Shown here one piece after another: positions 12,780 through 26,329 of a DNA stretch of 64,000 bases. The stretch is from Octopus sinensis (Eukaryota), in the NCBI RefSeq assembly GCF_006345805.1, contig NW_021836303.1:1-64000 (forward strand), given 5' to 3'. Position numbers and translations under genes: made by a program. Each line of letters starts with the position of its first letter. The first letter of the stretch is position 1. The notes under the pieces are model-generated. The model was not told where the DNA came from. It saw only the letters and a program-made list of their open reading frames with translations, and did no database searches.

Positions 12780-12893
12780 GTATGTTGTACGACTACGGCA
12801 GGACAGGGAATGACATAACACCAACATCAAATGCAGTATCCACAACAATAGCACAAACTATCAAGAGAACAACATCTACAGTAGCAACAAATC
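12780..12893 (+). CDS. Candidate Thr-rich exon (xMLYDYGRTGNDITPTSNAVSTTIAQTIKRTTSTVATN)
   Basis: ttttatcgtag| acceptor, non-repetitive Thr-rich open frame (open to 13006). 3' end uncertain (donor after 12893 or 12895, or a terminal exon). AG|GTATGT at the start could instead be a donor. Confidence 0.35.
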
Positions 12894-13388
12894 GTGTATG
12901 GAATCTAAAAACGAGACAGTATCATATGTCATACAGTACTTTTCTGAAGAAACTACAACAAATGAATCTTAATGGATTCCATTTATGGAGATACAGTGCA
13001 CAATAGTGATAGATTTAATTCGTTGCAGTGCATTTATATTTTTAGTGGATATATATACAATCGTTGGTCAGATATTTATGGCGTCGGTATGAACGTACTG
13101 AAATGAGAGAACAAAACTGGAATATAAATGATCAGTTTGCAATGTCAGTATGTTCAGTGCATGTATTGGACATTGGATTATGCGCCTGTGTGTGATTGTG
13201 TGTTTTCGTGTGTATATATATATGTGTGTGTGCGTGTGTGTGTATATACCTATGTATGACTGTAAATATATATATATGTAGTCATGTATATATATATATG
13301 TATGTGTGTGTGTCTAGATTTATATATCTCTATCTATCTATCTATCTATCTATCCATCTATCTATCTATCTATCTATCTATCTATATA

Positions 13389-13436
<48 letters not shown>

Positions 13437-13467
13437 CAATCTATCTATCTATCTATCGATATATATG

Positions 13468-13525
<58 letters not shown>

Positions 13526-13758
13526 CTTTCAATTCTGAATATTGCCGATTCCAGTGCATTTACAGCCATCCCTCGTTAGATAGTTGTTTTGGGGATGTAT
13601 GAAGTAATAATGGACGTCGAAGATTACTTTGACAGGATTTGAACTCATGACGTAAATAAGAAGAGGAAGAAGAAGAAGACCACAACAACAACAACAGCAA
13701 CAGCAGCAACGACTACAACAAGAACAATATCGACAGCATAAATAGTAACAACAAAAAC

Positions 13759-13908
13759 CACAGCAAAAAAAAGAGAATCATAATGTTTCCTAATTTGGAA
13801 CAAGGTCAAACATTTAACCGATTCTACCAATCCATAGTTCTGTTTAATAATATTGAATAATAATAATAATAATAATAATAAATAATAATAATAATAAATA
13901 ATATAATA

Positions 13909-13944
<36 letters not shown>

Positions 13945-14110
13945 GATAATGATATGTTGATAATGAGGATAATAATAATATTCATAATAATAATAATAGT
14001 AAATATAATAATAATATTAATAATAATTAATATAATAATATTAATAATAATAATATCATTAATAATAATAATAATATTAATAATAATAATAATAGTAATA
14101 ATAAATAATA

Positions 14111-14152
<42 letters not shown>

Positions 14153-14336
14153 TGATGATGATGATGATAATGATGATGATGATGATGATGATGATGATAA
14201 TGATAATGATGATAATGAGGATAATAATAATATTCATATATAATAATAGTATATAATAATAATAATATTATAATAATAATAATAATATAATATTAATAAT
14301 AATAATAATATTAATATAATAATAATAATAATAATA

Positions 14337-14380
<44 letters not shown>

Positions 14381-14899
14381 GTAATAATAATAATAATAAT
14401 ATAATAATAATAATATAATAATAATAACAATCAAACAATAACAATAACACAGCAAAAAAATACCAAAAAAAGAGAATCATAATATTTCCTAATTTGGAAA
14501 CAAGGTCAAACATTTAACCGATTCTACCATCCATAGTTCTGTTTAATAATATGAATATAATAATAATAATAATATAATAATAATACTAATAAATAATACA
14601 ATAATAATAATAATATAATAATAATAAAATAATACCAGATATAATGATGCTATGATGATAATGATGATGATGATGATGATGATGGATATTGATAATGATG
14701 ATAATGAGGATAATAATAATATTCATAATAATAATAATAGTAATAATAATAATAATAATATTAATAATAATAATAATAATTATATTAATAATAATAATAA
14801 TATTAATAATAATAGTAATAATATAATATATAATAATAATAAATAATAATATAATAATAATAATAGTAATAATAAATAATAATAATAATAATAGTAATA

Positions 14900-14954
<55 letters not shown>

Positions 14955-15000
14955 AATAATAATAATGATAATGATGATGCTGATATTGTTGATGATGAGG
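13759..15000. repeat. ~690-bp tandem duplication of a 100-bp unique segment plus (TAA/GAT)n
   Basis: gagaatcataat...caaggtcaaacatttaaccgattctacc occurs at ~13772 and ~14472. Confidence 0.85.
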
Positions 15001-15095
15001 TTTTCCAAATTTGACATGCTCAATAATTGTTTTGTCAGACTCATCTATCTTTGTCAAAACTAGTAATTTAACCTAGTTTTAACGTTGTTTAACAG

Positions 15096-15152
15096 ATACT
15101 GACCCAATATGTCACTCCAACATATTCACGCGTGCGCCTGTGCGATTCTGTA
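15096..15152 (+). CDS. Candidate 57-nt phase1-phase1 exon (xTDPICHSNIFTRAPVRFC)
   Basis: ttgtttaacag| acceptor, A|GTATGA donor, open frame, length divisible by 3. Confidence 0.45.
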
Positions 15153-15187
15153 GTATGAGCGTGTGTGTGTGTGTGTGTGTGTGTGTT

Positions 15188-15286
15188 TGTGTAGGATGTT
15201 CAAGAGCCTGATCCGTGAGTATGTGTGTGTGCGTGTATACATTTATATATTTATATATATATATACGTACACACACACACACACAC

Positions 15287-15319
<33 letters not shown>

Positions 15320-15622
15320 TATGCGTGTGTGTTTCTGTGTGCTTGCTTGTGTGTGTGTGTGTGTTTGTGTGTGTGTTTGTGCGTTTGTGTGTGTGTGTGT
15401 GTGTAGGATGTTCAAGAGCCTGATCCGTGAGTATGTGTGTGTGCGTGTATACATTCATATATTTATATTTATATATACGTACACACACACACACACACAA
15501 ATATATATATATATATGTACATATGCGTGTGTGTTTATGTGTGCTTGCTTGTGTGTGTGTGTGTGTTTCTGCGTTTGTGTGTGTGTGTGTGTGTGTGTGT
15601 AGGATGTTCAAGAGCCTGATTG
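15188..15622. repeat. ~212-bp tandem units built from microsatellites plus gtaggatgttcaagagcctgat
   Basis: The motif occurs at ~15191, 15403 and 15600. Confidence 0.85.
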
Positions 15623-16164
15623 CGATGTAGATGCTTCGTTTAAAGATTATATGTTAGCATACACTTACATGCACGCGTACACACTCACACACACACACAC
15701 ACACACACACAAATACCAACACCCCCACACACACACATACATGCGCACACACTCACACACACACGTGCACACAGACAAACGATTACGCACACACATATAT
15801 ACAAATATGCACATATTCATCCGTGAGTATGTGTGTGTGTGTGCGTGTATACATTTATATATTTATATTTATATATACGTACACACACACACGCACACAA
15901 ATATATATATATTATATATGTACATATGCATATATATATAGAGAGATATAGTTACACACACATATACACACGCATGCGCACACACACACATATATACATA
16001 TGCATATATATATAGAGAGTATAGTTACACACACATATACACACGCATGCGCACACACACACATATATACATATGCATACATACATATAAAAATATATGT
16101 ATACATATATATGTGTGTTTTCTACAACCCGTATATTTTTCTTCTCTTATATACATACACACAC

Positions 16165-16198
<34 letters not shown>

Positions 16199-16342
16199 CA
16201 CACACACACACATATATACATATACATATATACATATACATACATATAAAAATATATGTATACATATATATGTGTGTTTTCTACACCCCGTATATTTTTC
16301 TTCTCTTCTATACATACACACACACACACGCACACACACACA

Positions 16343-16376
<34 letters not shown>

Positions 16377-17286
16377 TATAGCGGTGAAACAGAGAGGAAA
16401 TGAAATGGAAGGAGAGAGAGAGAGAGAAAAAGAGTGAGTGACAGTTTTTTTTTTTTAATTGTGCCTTCATTGTCTCCATCCTCGATGTTTATAAAATTCA
16501 GCAAAAAAAAAAAAAATCTGATAAAGAAAAAAATAACTCAAAGATCTAATAACAAACAGTAATAAAAAAAAAATGACCTTTTACCAAGAATTAAAATGAC
16601 ACTTTTGTTTCACAGCATCCCCCCCGCCCCCCCGCCGCATCCCTGACACCCACCCCGCGACACATTTTTCTCTCTTTGTTCTTCTCTTCTTCATAATCTT
16701 CACTTCATTCTCGGCGATTGTTTTATGCGTCGAAACCGCTCTGTTTACATTTTTCTTCTCGTCCATATTTTGTAAACTTCCATATTTATTTTTCTGTTTT
16801 ACTTCTTGACTTGATTGTGTTTGGCGCTAAATTAAAATCACGTGACACCAACATTGCGTCCACAGATAACAGAATAAAAGAAACTGGAGACAGTCTTTTT
16901 TTTTTAAATTGACACCAAATGTTTTTTTTTTTTTGTTTTTTTCCTGACTTTCAATGTTGGTTGTGTGAGTTGGAAACGATGTGGGACATAGAGCGGGGAT
17001 TAGATTTTTTTCGATTTCGTTCTCTTTTGTTAGTTTTTCATATTTTTTAATTTTATCTTATTCTAATTTCGAGATTTCAAAGAGAGAACTGCCTGTCATC
17101 GTTAAAGGAAATATAGTTTGTAATCTAACCATTGCGAGATCTAATTCTATACCTGCTTTGCTTGTTCTTTATTTATTTATTATTATTATTATTAACCTCA
17201 AGTCATATTTTATAGAATAAACTTTTTCGATGAAAAATGCATTCCAGCCATGAACAGACTATATTTTGCTAAATTCTAGAATAGTA

Positions 17287-17500
17287 AAGGCGCGAGGCCT
17301 AGTGATAAGGGTGCTGCATTCAGGACCACAGGATCGTGGTTTCGATCCTCCGCCCGGGCGGTGCCTTTTGTCCCTGAGAAAAGGTTTCCGTTTCAAGGTG
17401 CCCCAATTCACCCAGCTGCCAATTAGTAAATCCTCGATGGATTGGCGTCTCGTTCTAGGAGAATGTTATGGTTTCAGTTCCTTAAAAACTTTGGAAGTCA
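17287..17500 (+). mobile_element. tRNA-derived SINE, diverged
   Basis: ggcctagtgataagggtgctgcattcaggaccacaggatcgtggtttcgatcc tRNA-like head. Confidence 0.6.
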
Positions 17501-17605
17501 GGTATCCAACATTATGATTTCTAGGGTTCGAGGGAGCTCGAGGATTCTATGTCTTGGATGACATTATCCAATGCTTTCTATTTTTTCCCGCGCTTTCCTC
17601 TCTGA

Positions 17606-17937
17606 ACGCGCGTGGCCCAGTAGTTAGCGCGTAGGGCTCACAATCATGAGGTAGTGAGTTCAATTCCCGGACCGGGCAGTGTCTTTTGTTTTTGAGCAAG
17701 ACACTTTATTTCACGTTGCCCCAGTTCACTCAGCTGTAGAAATGAGTTGCGAAGTCACTGATACCAAGATGTATCAGCAGTTTGCCTTTCTCTTGGATAA
17801 CATCAGTGATGTGGAGAAGGGAGGCTGGTATGCATGAGTGACCGCTGGTCTTCCATAAACAACTTTGCCCAGACTTGTGCCTCGGAGAGGAATTTTCTAG
17901 GTGCAATCCCATGGTCATTCACGACCGAAGGAGGTCT
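17606..17937 (+). mobile_element. tRNA-derived SINE (family F)
   Basis: Colinear with 47955-48280 over ~320 bp. Confidence 0.8.
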
Positions 17938-17994
17938 CTACTACTTTATTCTACTTTTTCCTAATGTACTAGTGCATAATGCGGTACTGATATA

Positions 17995-18237
17995 CGAGGG
18001 TGAGTCAAAAAGTAATGCCATTTTCGTTAGGGCAGGTATAATTACCTATACAGAAACATGTATCATACATCAAAATGCAGCTGGTCCTCTGTGGATCACA
18101 TCCCTATTTCTCAACATAGTCTCCGTTTCTCTCAATACCAATGTTCTACCTTCGAATGAGAGCATGTATCCCTGCTTCGTAATATTCTGTTGACTGTCCT
18201 TTGAGCCACTTCTTCACTAGTTTTCCCTTCCTCGTAC
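17995..18237 (-). mobile_element. Mariner transposon 3' fragment with TIR
   Basis: TA|cgagggtgagtcaaaaagtaatg TIR; minus frame VKKWLKGQSTEYYEAGIHALIRR*NIGIERNGDYVEK* matches the mariner transposase C-terminus. Confidence 0.85.
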
Positions 18238-19165
18238 TGGAATAATTTCGATCCTGTTTCTCGCATTCAGCTCTGTCTTGAGTATTGCTCTTACTCTGCG
18301 ATAACATTCTCTCCTGATCCTTTCCTTCATCACTGAATGCCTTATCCCGTCTCCTTCAATTACCCCTAGATACTTGTAGTTCTCCGCTGGGTCTAATTCT
18401 TTTATGACATTCTGCTGGTCAAGTTTAACGTTAGATGTTTCTGTCATTTTTCCTTTGATAAAGGTAGCTTTTGCACACTTATCGAGGCCAAATTGCATTC
18501 TGATGTCATCACTGAATTGTTTGACAATCGCTAGTAAGCCCTTGAGTTGTTGGTCATTTTTTGCAAAGAGCTTTAAATCATCCATGCAAATGAGATGATT
18601 TATATTTCTATCAAACATTTTATATCCGTACTGCGCGTCATTGAGCAGTTTTGAGAGAGGTATTAAGTTTAAACAGAAGAGGAAAGGTGATAGTGAGTCA
18701 CCCTGGAAAATGCCACATGAAATTTTTACATCACCAGCATTTAGAGATTCATTGTCACTGTTCAAAGTTAGTTTGGTTCTCCATGATCTCATACTTACAG
18801 ACAAAATGTTTCGCAGAGTAGGTGCTATCTTATACATTTCTAGGCATTTCTTAATCCAGCTATGTGGTAGGCTATCAAAAGCCTTTTTATAGTCTATCCA
18901 GGCTATTGATAAGTTTTTGGGTCGTTTGTGACAATCTTCTAAGATCATCTTATTGATGAGTAGTTGATCTTTACAACCGTAGGATCCACGTTTACATCCT
19001 TTCTGTTCATTAGGGAATATGCTGCTGTCTGTCAAAAAACTATAGGTATATTCCGTCAGGACAGATGTTAGTGTTTTATACATAGTTGTTAAGCAGGTTA
19101 TGGGTCTATAGTTTTTTGGTTCATTTGTTTCTTCACTTTTTGGAAGCAGCAGGAATGTTAACCCA
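18238..19165 (-). pseudogene. Reverse transcriptase domain
   Basis: GCKRGSYGCKDQLLINK, WIDYKKAFDSLPH, GIFQGDSLSPFLFC, HLICMDDLKL (YMDD to CMDD), FGLDKC, YKYLG. Confidence 0.92.
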
Positions 19166-20233
19166 TTAACTAACCAAGGAAAACATCATTGTAAAGTTCC
19201 GTTAGCAGTTCATGGTTCTCTGGGAAGTCATTCAACCAGAAGTTAGGGATTTTATCCTTTCCTGGAGACTTCCATTTGCTTGACCTCCTGAGAGCAGATC
19301 TTATATCTTCTACCTTGACACCCTCCCACTTTTGCTCTTCTAAGGGGTCCAGTTCTGTAGATATTCTGTCAATCCAGGGGGCCTTTTCGCTGTGTGTTTT
19401 TTCTTCTGCCCAGATTTTATTCCAAAATCCCTGCACTTCTTCTTTTGATGGTACAGACTTTACAGTAACTGGTGTTTTTCCTATCTTCCTGTAAACATTT
19501 TTGGGGTTATTTTTGAACGTGTTGTTGTCCCTGAAAAATCTAGTTTTGGGTTTTTGTAGGTTTGGTAGTCTTATGAGCCTTAAGGTTTTTCAAATATTCA
19601 ATATCAGATCTAAATAGTTTAATTTGTTGTTGTAAACGCTCTTGCCAAGAAGGCTTTTTGTGGAAATGTTGCCGCTTTCTAATCTTTTCACCACATAGGA
19701 TCGTTGAGATTTTCGCGGATGCATAGTATAGGTGATTTAGATCTGTGATATCAACATCATTAGCTGAAATTATATCCTTAAGTGCAAGCCAGATTTTACC
19801 AATTATTTTCATGTTTTGGTTAGAGTTGCGGATTTTAGGGAGTGTATCACGTTCATCCATACTGGTTTCTTTAATTTTCAGCCATTCAATCATGATTTGA
19901 CATTTTAGCTCATGTAGTTCTGTCGGGTCAATATTTGTGTGACTTTCTTCATCTATTTGATGTTCATCTGTCTTAGTGTTTATGTTTGGTTCACTTATAC
20001 TAATTCTTTCAATCCTTACTTCGTTTTTATTAGCTCTGGGCTGGTCTATAATTATTTCCTCTGTATTATCTTCTTTAGCTGCAGCTTCGTTCATTCTATC
20101 CGTTACTGCTTGTCTAATTTGATCAATCTCTACTTCAGTCAGTAATTTTTGTTTATAATGTTTCTTCTGACGTTGGTAAGTTTGTTACTGTTTATGTAGG
20201 GTCTTGCTTCAGAGTGTTTCTGTCTCCAGTTTA
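18238..20233 (-). mobile_element. R4/Dong-like non-LTR retrotransposon, truncated at both ends, frameshifted
   Basis: Three ORF pieces (19540-20094, 19170-19436, 18217-19083+); the 5' side abuts (TAA)n. Confidence 0.88.
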
Positions 20234-20239
20234 TGTAGG

Positions 20240-20301
<62 letters not shown>

Positions 20302-20347
20302 TACTATTATTATTATTATTATTATATTATTTTATTATTATTATTAC

Positions 20348-20384
<37 letters not shown>

Positions 20385-20403
20385 TTATTATTATTATTAT
20401 TAC

Positions 20404-20454
<51 letters not shown>

Positions 20455-20477
20455 TATTATTATTATTATTATTATTA

Positions 20478-20558
<81 letters not shown>

Positions 20559-20570
20559 CATCATTATTAC
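20234..20570. repeat. (TTA)n microsatellite
   Basis: Directly visible. Confidence 0.95.
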
Positions 20571-20770
20571 ATAAGGCAGTGAGCTGCAGAAACGTTAGCA
20601 CGCGGGACAAAATGCTAAGCAACATTTGGTTCGTCATTATGTTTTAAGCTGAAATTCCGCCGAGGTTGACCTTGCCCTCCATCCTTTCGCGATCGATAAA
20701 TTAAGTACCAGTAATATACTGTAATCACCTAATCACCTACTACCCTACTCAAACTTTAAGGCTTGTCTAA
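20570..20770 (+). mobile_element. Family A SINE
   Basis: Match to family A. Confidence 0.75.
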
Positions 20771-20836
20771 ATTAGAAAATTACTATTTTTTAAATCTCTC
20801 AACGTGAGATATTCAGCGACAGTAATTTGTATTAAA

Positions 20837-21074
20837 ATTGTTTGCCAACATAACATCGCAGTCCTGGTTTAGGACTAATGTTGCTGTAATTTAGCCCCAG
20901 GAGACATCGTCTCCAGCTGGCTATGCGACACGATCTGTGTCCTTGTATTCCTTTGTTCGAAAATAGAAGGACACAGATCGTGTCGTATAGCGAGCTGGAG
21001 ATGATGTCTCCTGGTGCCAAATTACAGCAACGTTAGTCCTAAACCAGGAGTGCCATGTTATGTTGGCAAACAAT
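20837..21074. mobile_element. Fold-back MITE-like palindrome
   Basis: ~110-bp arms (attgtttgccaacataacat...gatctgtgtcctt / aaggacacagatc...atgttatgttggcaaacaat) around a short loop. Confidence 0.8.
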
Positions 21075-21134
21075 CTTTATTTTTGCATACAGTAGAAAGG
21101 ATTATTATCATCATCATTATTATTATTATTATCA

Positions 21135-21190
<56 letters not shown>

Positions 21191-21498
21191 GCTGATACTA
21201 GCAGCAGCAGCAGCAACAGCAGCAACAGCAGCAACAGCAGCAACAGTAGCAGCACCCGCAGTATCATTAGTAACAGCAGTTTTATGCCACATGTTGGTCA
21301 TTCCACTGCCGTTAACCTATTTTCGTTAATTTTGAGTCAATAACATTTCTTTGTTTTCAATATTTCCCTTTTTTTTTTCGCTCTTATTTATGTTGAAATT
21401 TACGAATTTGATATTTCTGCTTTGTTTTAATAAACCATTATCACTCATCAATCATCGTTCTCAAATAAGTAACAGCAAAAATGACAACAGCTGCTGCC

Positions 21499-22090
21499 GT
21501 GGAGGCACGACGGCCCACTGGTTAGGGCAGCGGACTCGCGGTCGTAAGAACGCGGTTTCGATTCCCAGACCGGACATTCTTTTCTACTCTAAGCACAAGG
21601 CCTGAAATTTGGGGGAAGGGTGTCAGTCGATTAGATCGACTCTAGTACGCATTAATTTATCGACCCCGAAAGGATGAAAGGCAAAGACGATCTTGACTGA
21701 ATTTGAACTCAGAACGTAAAGACGTACGAAATACCTATTTCTTTACTAGGGGCTTAACACAGAGAGGACAAACAAGGACAGACAAACGGATTAAGTCGAT
21801 TATATCAACCTCAGTGCGTAACTGGTACTTATTTAATCGACCCCGAAAGGATGAAATGCAAAGTCGACCTCGGCGGAATTTGAACTCAGAACGCAGCGGC
21901 AGACGAAATAACGCTAAGCATTTCGCTTGGCGTGATAACGTTGAGCAAAAACACCTAAGCTCCCCGAGGCTCCGGCAGTGGGGTGGTGAACCCCGCTGTA
22001 CTATTTCACCACAACTTTCTCCCACTCTTTCTTCCTACTTCAGCCACAAAGCAGAAGAGCCTTGGTGTAACCCACTATGGTGTGGTAAAA
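21499..22090 (+). mobile_element. OK-like SINE interrupted by an antisense family A dimer (~21580-21938)
   Basis: The head ends at ~21578; the body resumes at ttgagcaaaaacacctaagc (~21940). Confidence 0.8.
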
Positions 22091-22484
22091 CTTTCAGACC
22101 CTAGTCTAGATTGCGAATCTTCTGTACTCCAGGATGGTTCAGCTCTCCACCCGTTCAAATCCACTGTTTACGGAATGAGGATAACAACGCACCTTTGGCG
22201 CCCGTGCAACCGCCAGTCTATCGCATGTGGTGGGTGGATCTTCAAGTTGCCACACGCATTTTTAGTAGCTTAGAGTAGGCTCGAATTAAAGATTATTCTT
22301 TGTGGCTAATGGCGTGAGTCCAGACTGGAAGAAGAAGACAGCTGCTGCAGGTCGAAGGATGATGCGCAGTCGAACTCCCTTACATAGATATCTCACAATA
22401 TCAAATTACACTAGGCTTCAATGTATATTAAAATCATAATGAAATATTTCTCTATATATAAAGTCCTTTTTATTCCTCTACTTG

Positions 22485-22682
22485 TTTCAGTCATTAGACT
22501 GCGGCTATGGTGGGGCACCGCCTTGAAGAATTGTTAGTCCAATGAATCGATCACAATACTTTCGTATGCTTTAAAACCTGGTTCTTATAATATTGCTTTC
22601 TTTTTGCCGAACTGCTGAGTTACGGGGATATAAACACACCAACACCGGTTGTCAACCTGTAATGAGGAGAAACACACACACG

Positions 22683-22722
<40 letters not shown>

Positions 22723-22825
22723 ACACACACACCACACACACACACAAGCATATTTTTGACGAATAAAGAAATAACAAGCATATTTTTGACGGTCGTCTTT
22801 CAGTTTCTGTCTACCAAATCTAATA
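22485..22825 (-). mobile_element. Family D SINE, partial
   Basis: Matches 61566-61960 including the internal (CA)n. Confidence 0.7.
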
Positions 22826-23090
22826 GCCTTGTTTCTTATTTCTTTACTGCCCACAAGGGGCTACGCACAGAAGGGACAAACAAGGACAGACAGACGGATT
22901 AAGTCATTGCGAAACTTTGTTTGATAGGGAAATTGAAATCTTCTGATTGGGGACGGGCAGTTAGTCGGGGGTCAGCAGAATTTTGGGAATGAAGACGGCT
23001 TTTACTGTCGCTCCCAATGATTATCTCAGTTTCACTGACCTTTTCCATCATCTGCTGGATTGCGAGTCGAGTTCCGTTGCATAATGTAGG

Positions 23091-23418
23091 AGCACTCCGT
23101 CGGTTACGACGATGAGGGTCCCAGCTGATACGATCAACGGAACAGCTTGCTCGTGGAATTAACGTGCAAGTGGCTGAGCACTCCACAGACACGTGTACCC
23201 TTAACGTAGTTCTCGAGGAGGTTCAGCGTGACACAGACACAGAGTGTGACAAGGCTGGCCCCTTTGAAATACAGGTACAACAAAAAACAGGAAGAAAGAG
23301 TGAGAGAAAGTTGTGGTGAAAGGGTTCACCACCACCTACTGCAGGAGCCTTGTGAAGCTTTAGGTGTTTTCGCTCAATAAACACTCACAATGCCCGGTCT
23401 GGGAATCGAAGCCTCCAC
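23091..23418 (-). mobile_element. OK-like SINE in Helitron, 12-bp TSD
   Basis: gcataatgtagg at 23079-23090 and 23419-23430. Confidence 0.92.
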
Positions 23419-23430
23419 GCATAATGTAGG

Positions 23431-24409
23431 TGCATTTAGATTATAAAGGAGGATGACAGGGCAGCCGATTTCCAAGTGAAGTGTATAGGAAGGGGGTTCA
23501 GGTAGGTCTTGCGAGTTGAGAAATTCGATTGGAAACTGTATTATTTGGTCGAGATCGGTAACCCAATCGATAGAGTAGTAACAGCGCGCGTCACAGGGAG
23601 GTTGTCGAAGGAGGTCTGTGTTTATTGAGTTGACAGCTAAATTCGCCGGTGCGAGTACAGTGCGATCTCGAAGCCAGTCTGTGTTCGAGTAGTTGATTGA
23701 AAGGTCGGTGTAGACGTAAGACCACAATTCTTCCGGACTGGATGCAGTGTGTCAAACACTTGATATATCGATGTTCATCTGTGGAATCGCAAGTTGATCG
23801 TTAGTTTTAACGCTGTTACGAAACGCCACAGGTACAATTTCTTTAAGCACGCGTTAAGTTCGTGTCTGCAGGGATTCCATTAGGTACGATGGAACCCCTG
23901 CAGATTATATTTCTGTTGTCATTGTTGCTGTTGTTTATTTAAGGACTATGATTGATGAGTGATACTGGTTTATTAAAAGCAAAGCAGAAATATCAAAGGA
24001 AATCTTCAGCAAGGAGTAGAATTGCACCTCCAATGTTGATGTTCTATGATCGTAAGTCTCGCATCGTGCTATCCACTGCTTCAAGAGCTGTTTTATGCAA
24101 CGTTGTGGCCTCATCCCAAACAATCAGCTTGCAGGTTTTCAAAACAGTAGTCTCGTCTGAACTGTGCATGATGTTGCATGTCAGGTTTTCTTGGTGGTTG
24201 AATTGTAGTGGCAATTTAAAAGTGGTATGGGCTGTTCGGCCACCATCGAGAAGTGTTGATGCTATCCCAGATGATGCTACTGATATTGGAATTTGTGCCA
24301 CTTGTCTTACATTAGCATGAAGAAGGTTAAGAAGAAAAGTCTTTCCAGTTCCAGCAGAGGCGTCCAGGAATATGACGCCACCAGCTTTGGTGTTGATAGT
24401 ATGTATTAT
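23431..24409 (-). pseudogene. Helitron PIF1-type helicase remnant
   Basis: Walker A (GTGKT), WDEA and 2B-region motifs; continues at 22899-23078 after SINE removal. Confidence 0.9.
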
Positions 24410-24422
24410 AGTATGGTAGACG

Positions 24423-24817
24423 CGGAGGCGCAATGGCCCAGTGGTTAGGGCAGCGGACTCGCGGTCGGAGGATCGCCGTTTCGATTCCCAGACCGGGCGT
24501 TGTGAGTGTTTATTTAGCGAAAACACCTAAAAGTTCCACGAGGCTCCGGCAGGGGATGGTGGTGATCCCTGCTGTACTCTTTCACCACAACTTTCTCTCA
24601 CTCTTACTTCCTGTTTCTGTTGTACCTGTATTTCAAAGGGCCGGCCTTGTCACTCTCTGTGTCACGCTGAATATCCCCGAGAACTACGTTATGGGTACAC
24701 GTGTCTGAGGAGTGCTCAGCCACTTACACGTTAATTTCACGAGCAGGCTGTTCCGTTGATTCGGATCAACCGGAACCCTCGTCGTCGTACCCGACGGAGT
24801 GCAAAAGAAAAGAAAAG
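24423..24817 (+). mobile_element. OK-like SINE in Helitron, 13-bp TSD
   Basis: agtatggtagacg at 24410-24422 and 24818-24830; (AAAAG)n tail. Confidence 0.92.
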
Positions 24818-25422
24818 AGTATGGTAGACGGATGCTTGGTCGGGGTTCAGAAGGGGTTCATTGCCTGCATCGTACTTCCGGAGGCGCTGAATTTTGTAGG
24901 TAGTTTCTCGGAGCTGAAGACGATTTGGATAGCTTTTTGGGGTTCTCTCAGGAGAGGTTAGCGAGCAGATGCCTAGATTTTGACCTCCAATTTCCATCAC
25001 CAAGTCCTCTAAATAAAGGAGATATCGGTTGTGTATGGCTGTGTTTCTTTGGATTTTTTTCGTTTCTGGTAGATTGTCTGGCCTGCAGTAGAACGTCGTT
25101 GCAAAATTAGTCTTTGTGCTTATTGTTTGAAGAGCATTCCTGATCTGTGTAGCATGTTTATGCTGTTTCTTCGAACCATCAGTCTGTAAGCGTAGAAGTC
25201 CTTCTGAGAAACCATTCTTACGGGTATCGAAGGCATTTGAGTAAGAGCTAAGCACCGGGAAATTCAGTGCTGTATCTATAGTTGCCATGGAGAATAAGCA
25301 GTGGATATTGAAGGGCATCGTCAGCTTGATTCAATTCGTTGATTTTTCTCCGACAGGAGTCCTGCCATTCAATCTGGATATTCCTGTTAGATATGGCTTC
25401 ATCGGGACGGTAGGGCAGAACT

Positions 25423-25817
25423 ATGTGGAGGCGCAATGGCCCAGTGGTTAGGGCAGCGGACTCGCGGTCATAGGATCGCGGCTTCGATTCCCAGACCGGG
25501 CGTTGTGAGTGTTTATTGAGCGAAAACACCTAAAAGCTCCACGAGGCTCCGGCAAGGGATGGTGGTGATCCCTGCTGTACTCTTTCACCACAACTTTCTC
25601 TCACTCTCACTCTTACTTCCTGTTTCTGTTGTACCTGTATTTCAAAGGGCCGGCCTTGTCACTCTCTGTGTCACGCTGAATATCCCCGAGAACTACGTTA
25701 AGGGTACACGTGTCTGTGGAGTGCTCAGCCACTTACACGTTAATTTCACGAGCAGGCTGTTCCGTTGATTCGGATCAACCGGAACCCTCAACGTCATAAC
25801 CGACGGAGTGCTTCCAA
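25423..25817 (+). mobile_element. OK-like SINE in Helitron, 11-bp TSD
   Basis: agggcagaact at 25412-25422 and 25818-25828. Confidence 0.92.
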
Positions 25818-26075
25818 AGGGCAGAACTGCAATTTCATCATTTGGGGGCTGGTTAAAGCATCTTGGTGTTCTCAGACAGACGTTCGGTCACTCCTTATGA
25901 TAACTTTGAAAAGTTGGGCTCATCTGCATGTCGGCGTTGAATAGCAGTTTCGAAGTCCCTCACGTATTGGTTTGTGTTGTGGAGCATTTCATGAAGTTCA
26001 TTGAAAAGAAGCATTTTTTGTTCCGGGTGCCACCTGAGCTCGGCGAGCCGTTTGCTCAGTGGTATCTCCCATGAA

Positions 26076-26313
26076 TTTAAAAAGGCGGCGAGCTGGCAGA
26101 ATCGTTAGCAGGTCGGGCGAAATGCTTAGCGGCATTTCGTCTGTCTTTACATTCTGAGTTCAAATTCCGCCGCGGTCGACTTAACCTTTCATCCTTTCGG
26201 GGTCGATAAATTAAGTACCAGTTACGTACTGGTTCGATGTAATCGACTTAATACCTTTGTCTGTCCTTGTTTGTCCCCTCTATGTTTAGCCCCTTGTGGG
26301 TAATAAAGAAATA
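26076..26313 (+). mobile_element. Family A SINE in Helitron, 15-bp TSD
   Basis: ggtatctcccatgaa at 26061-26075 and 26314-26328. Confidence 0.92.
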
Positions 26314-26329
26314 GGTATCTCCCATGAAG

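Noticed and set aside
15195-15214. AG|gatgttcaagagcctgatcc|GTGAGT micro-exon, repeated twice
   Set aside because: 20 nt (frame-shifting), and it looks created by a repeat junction.
22111-22230. 120-nt phase1-phase1 exon candidate
   Set aside because: Another frame weakly resembles a decayed RTE-type LINE C-terminus; cannot discriminate.
24423-24500. tRNA genes
   Set aside because: The tRNA-like heads all continue into SINE bodies; no standalone cloverleaf found.
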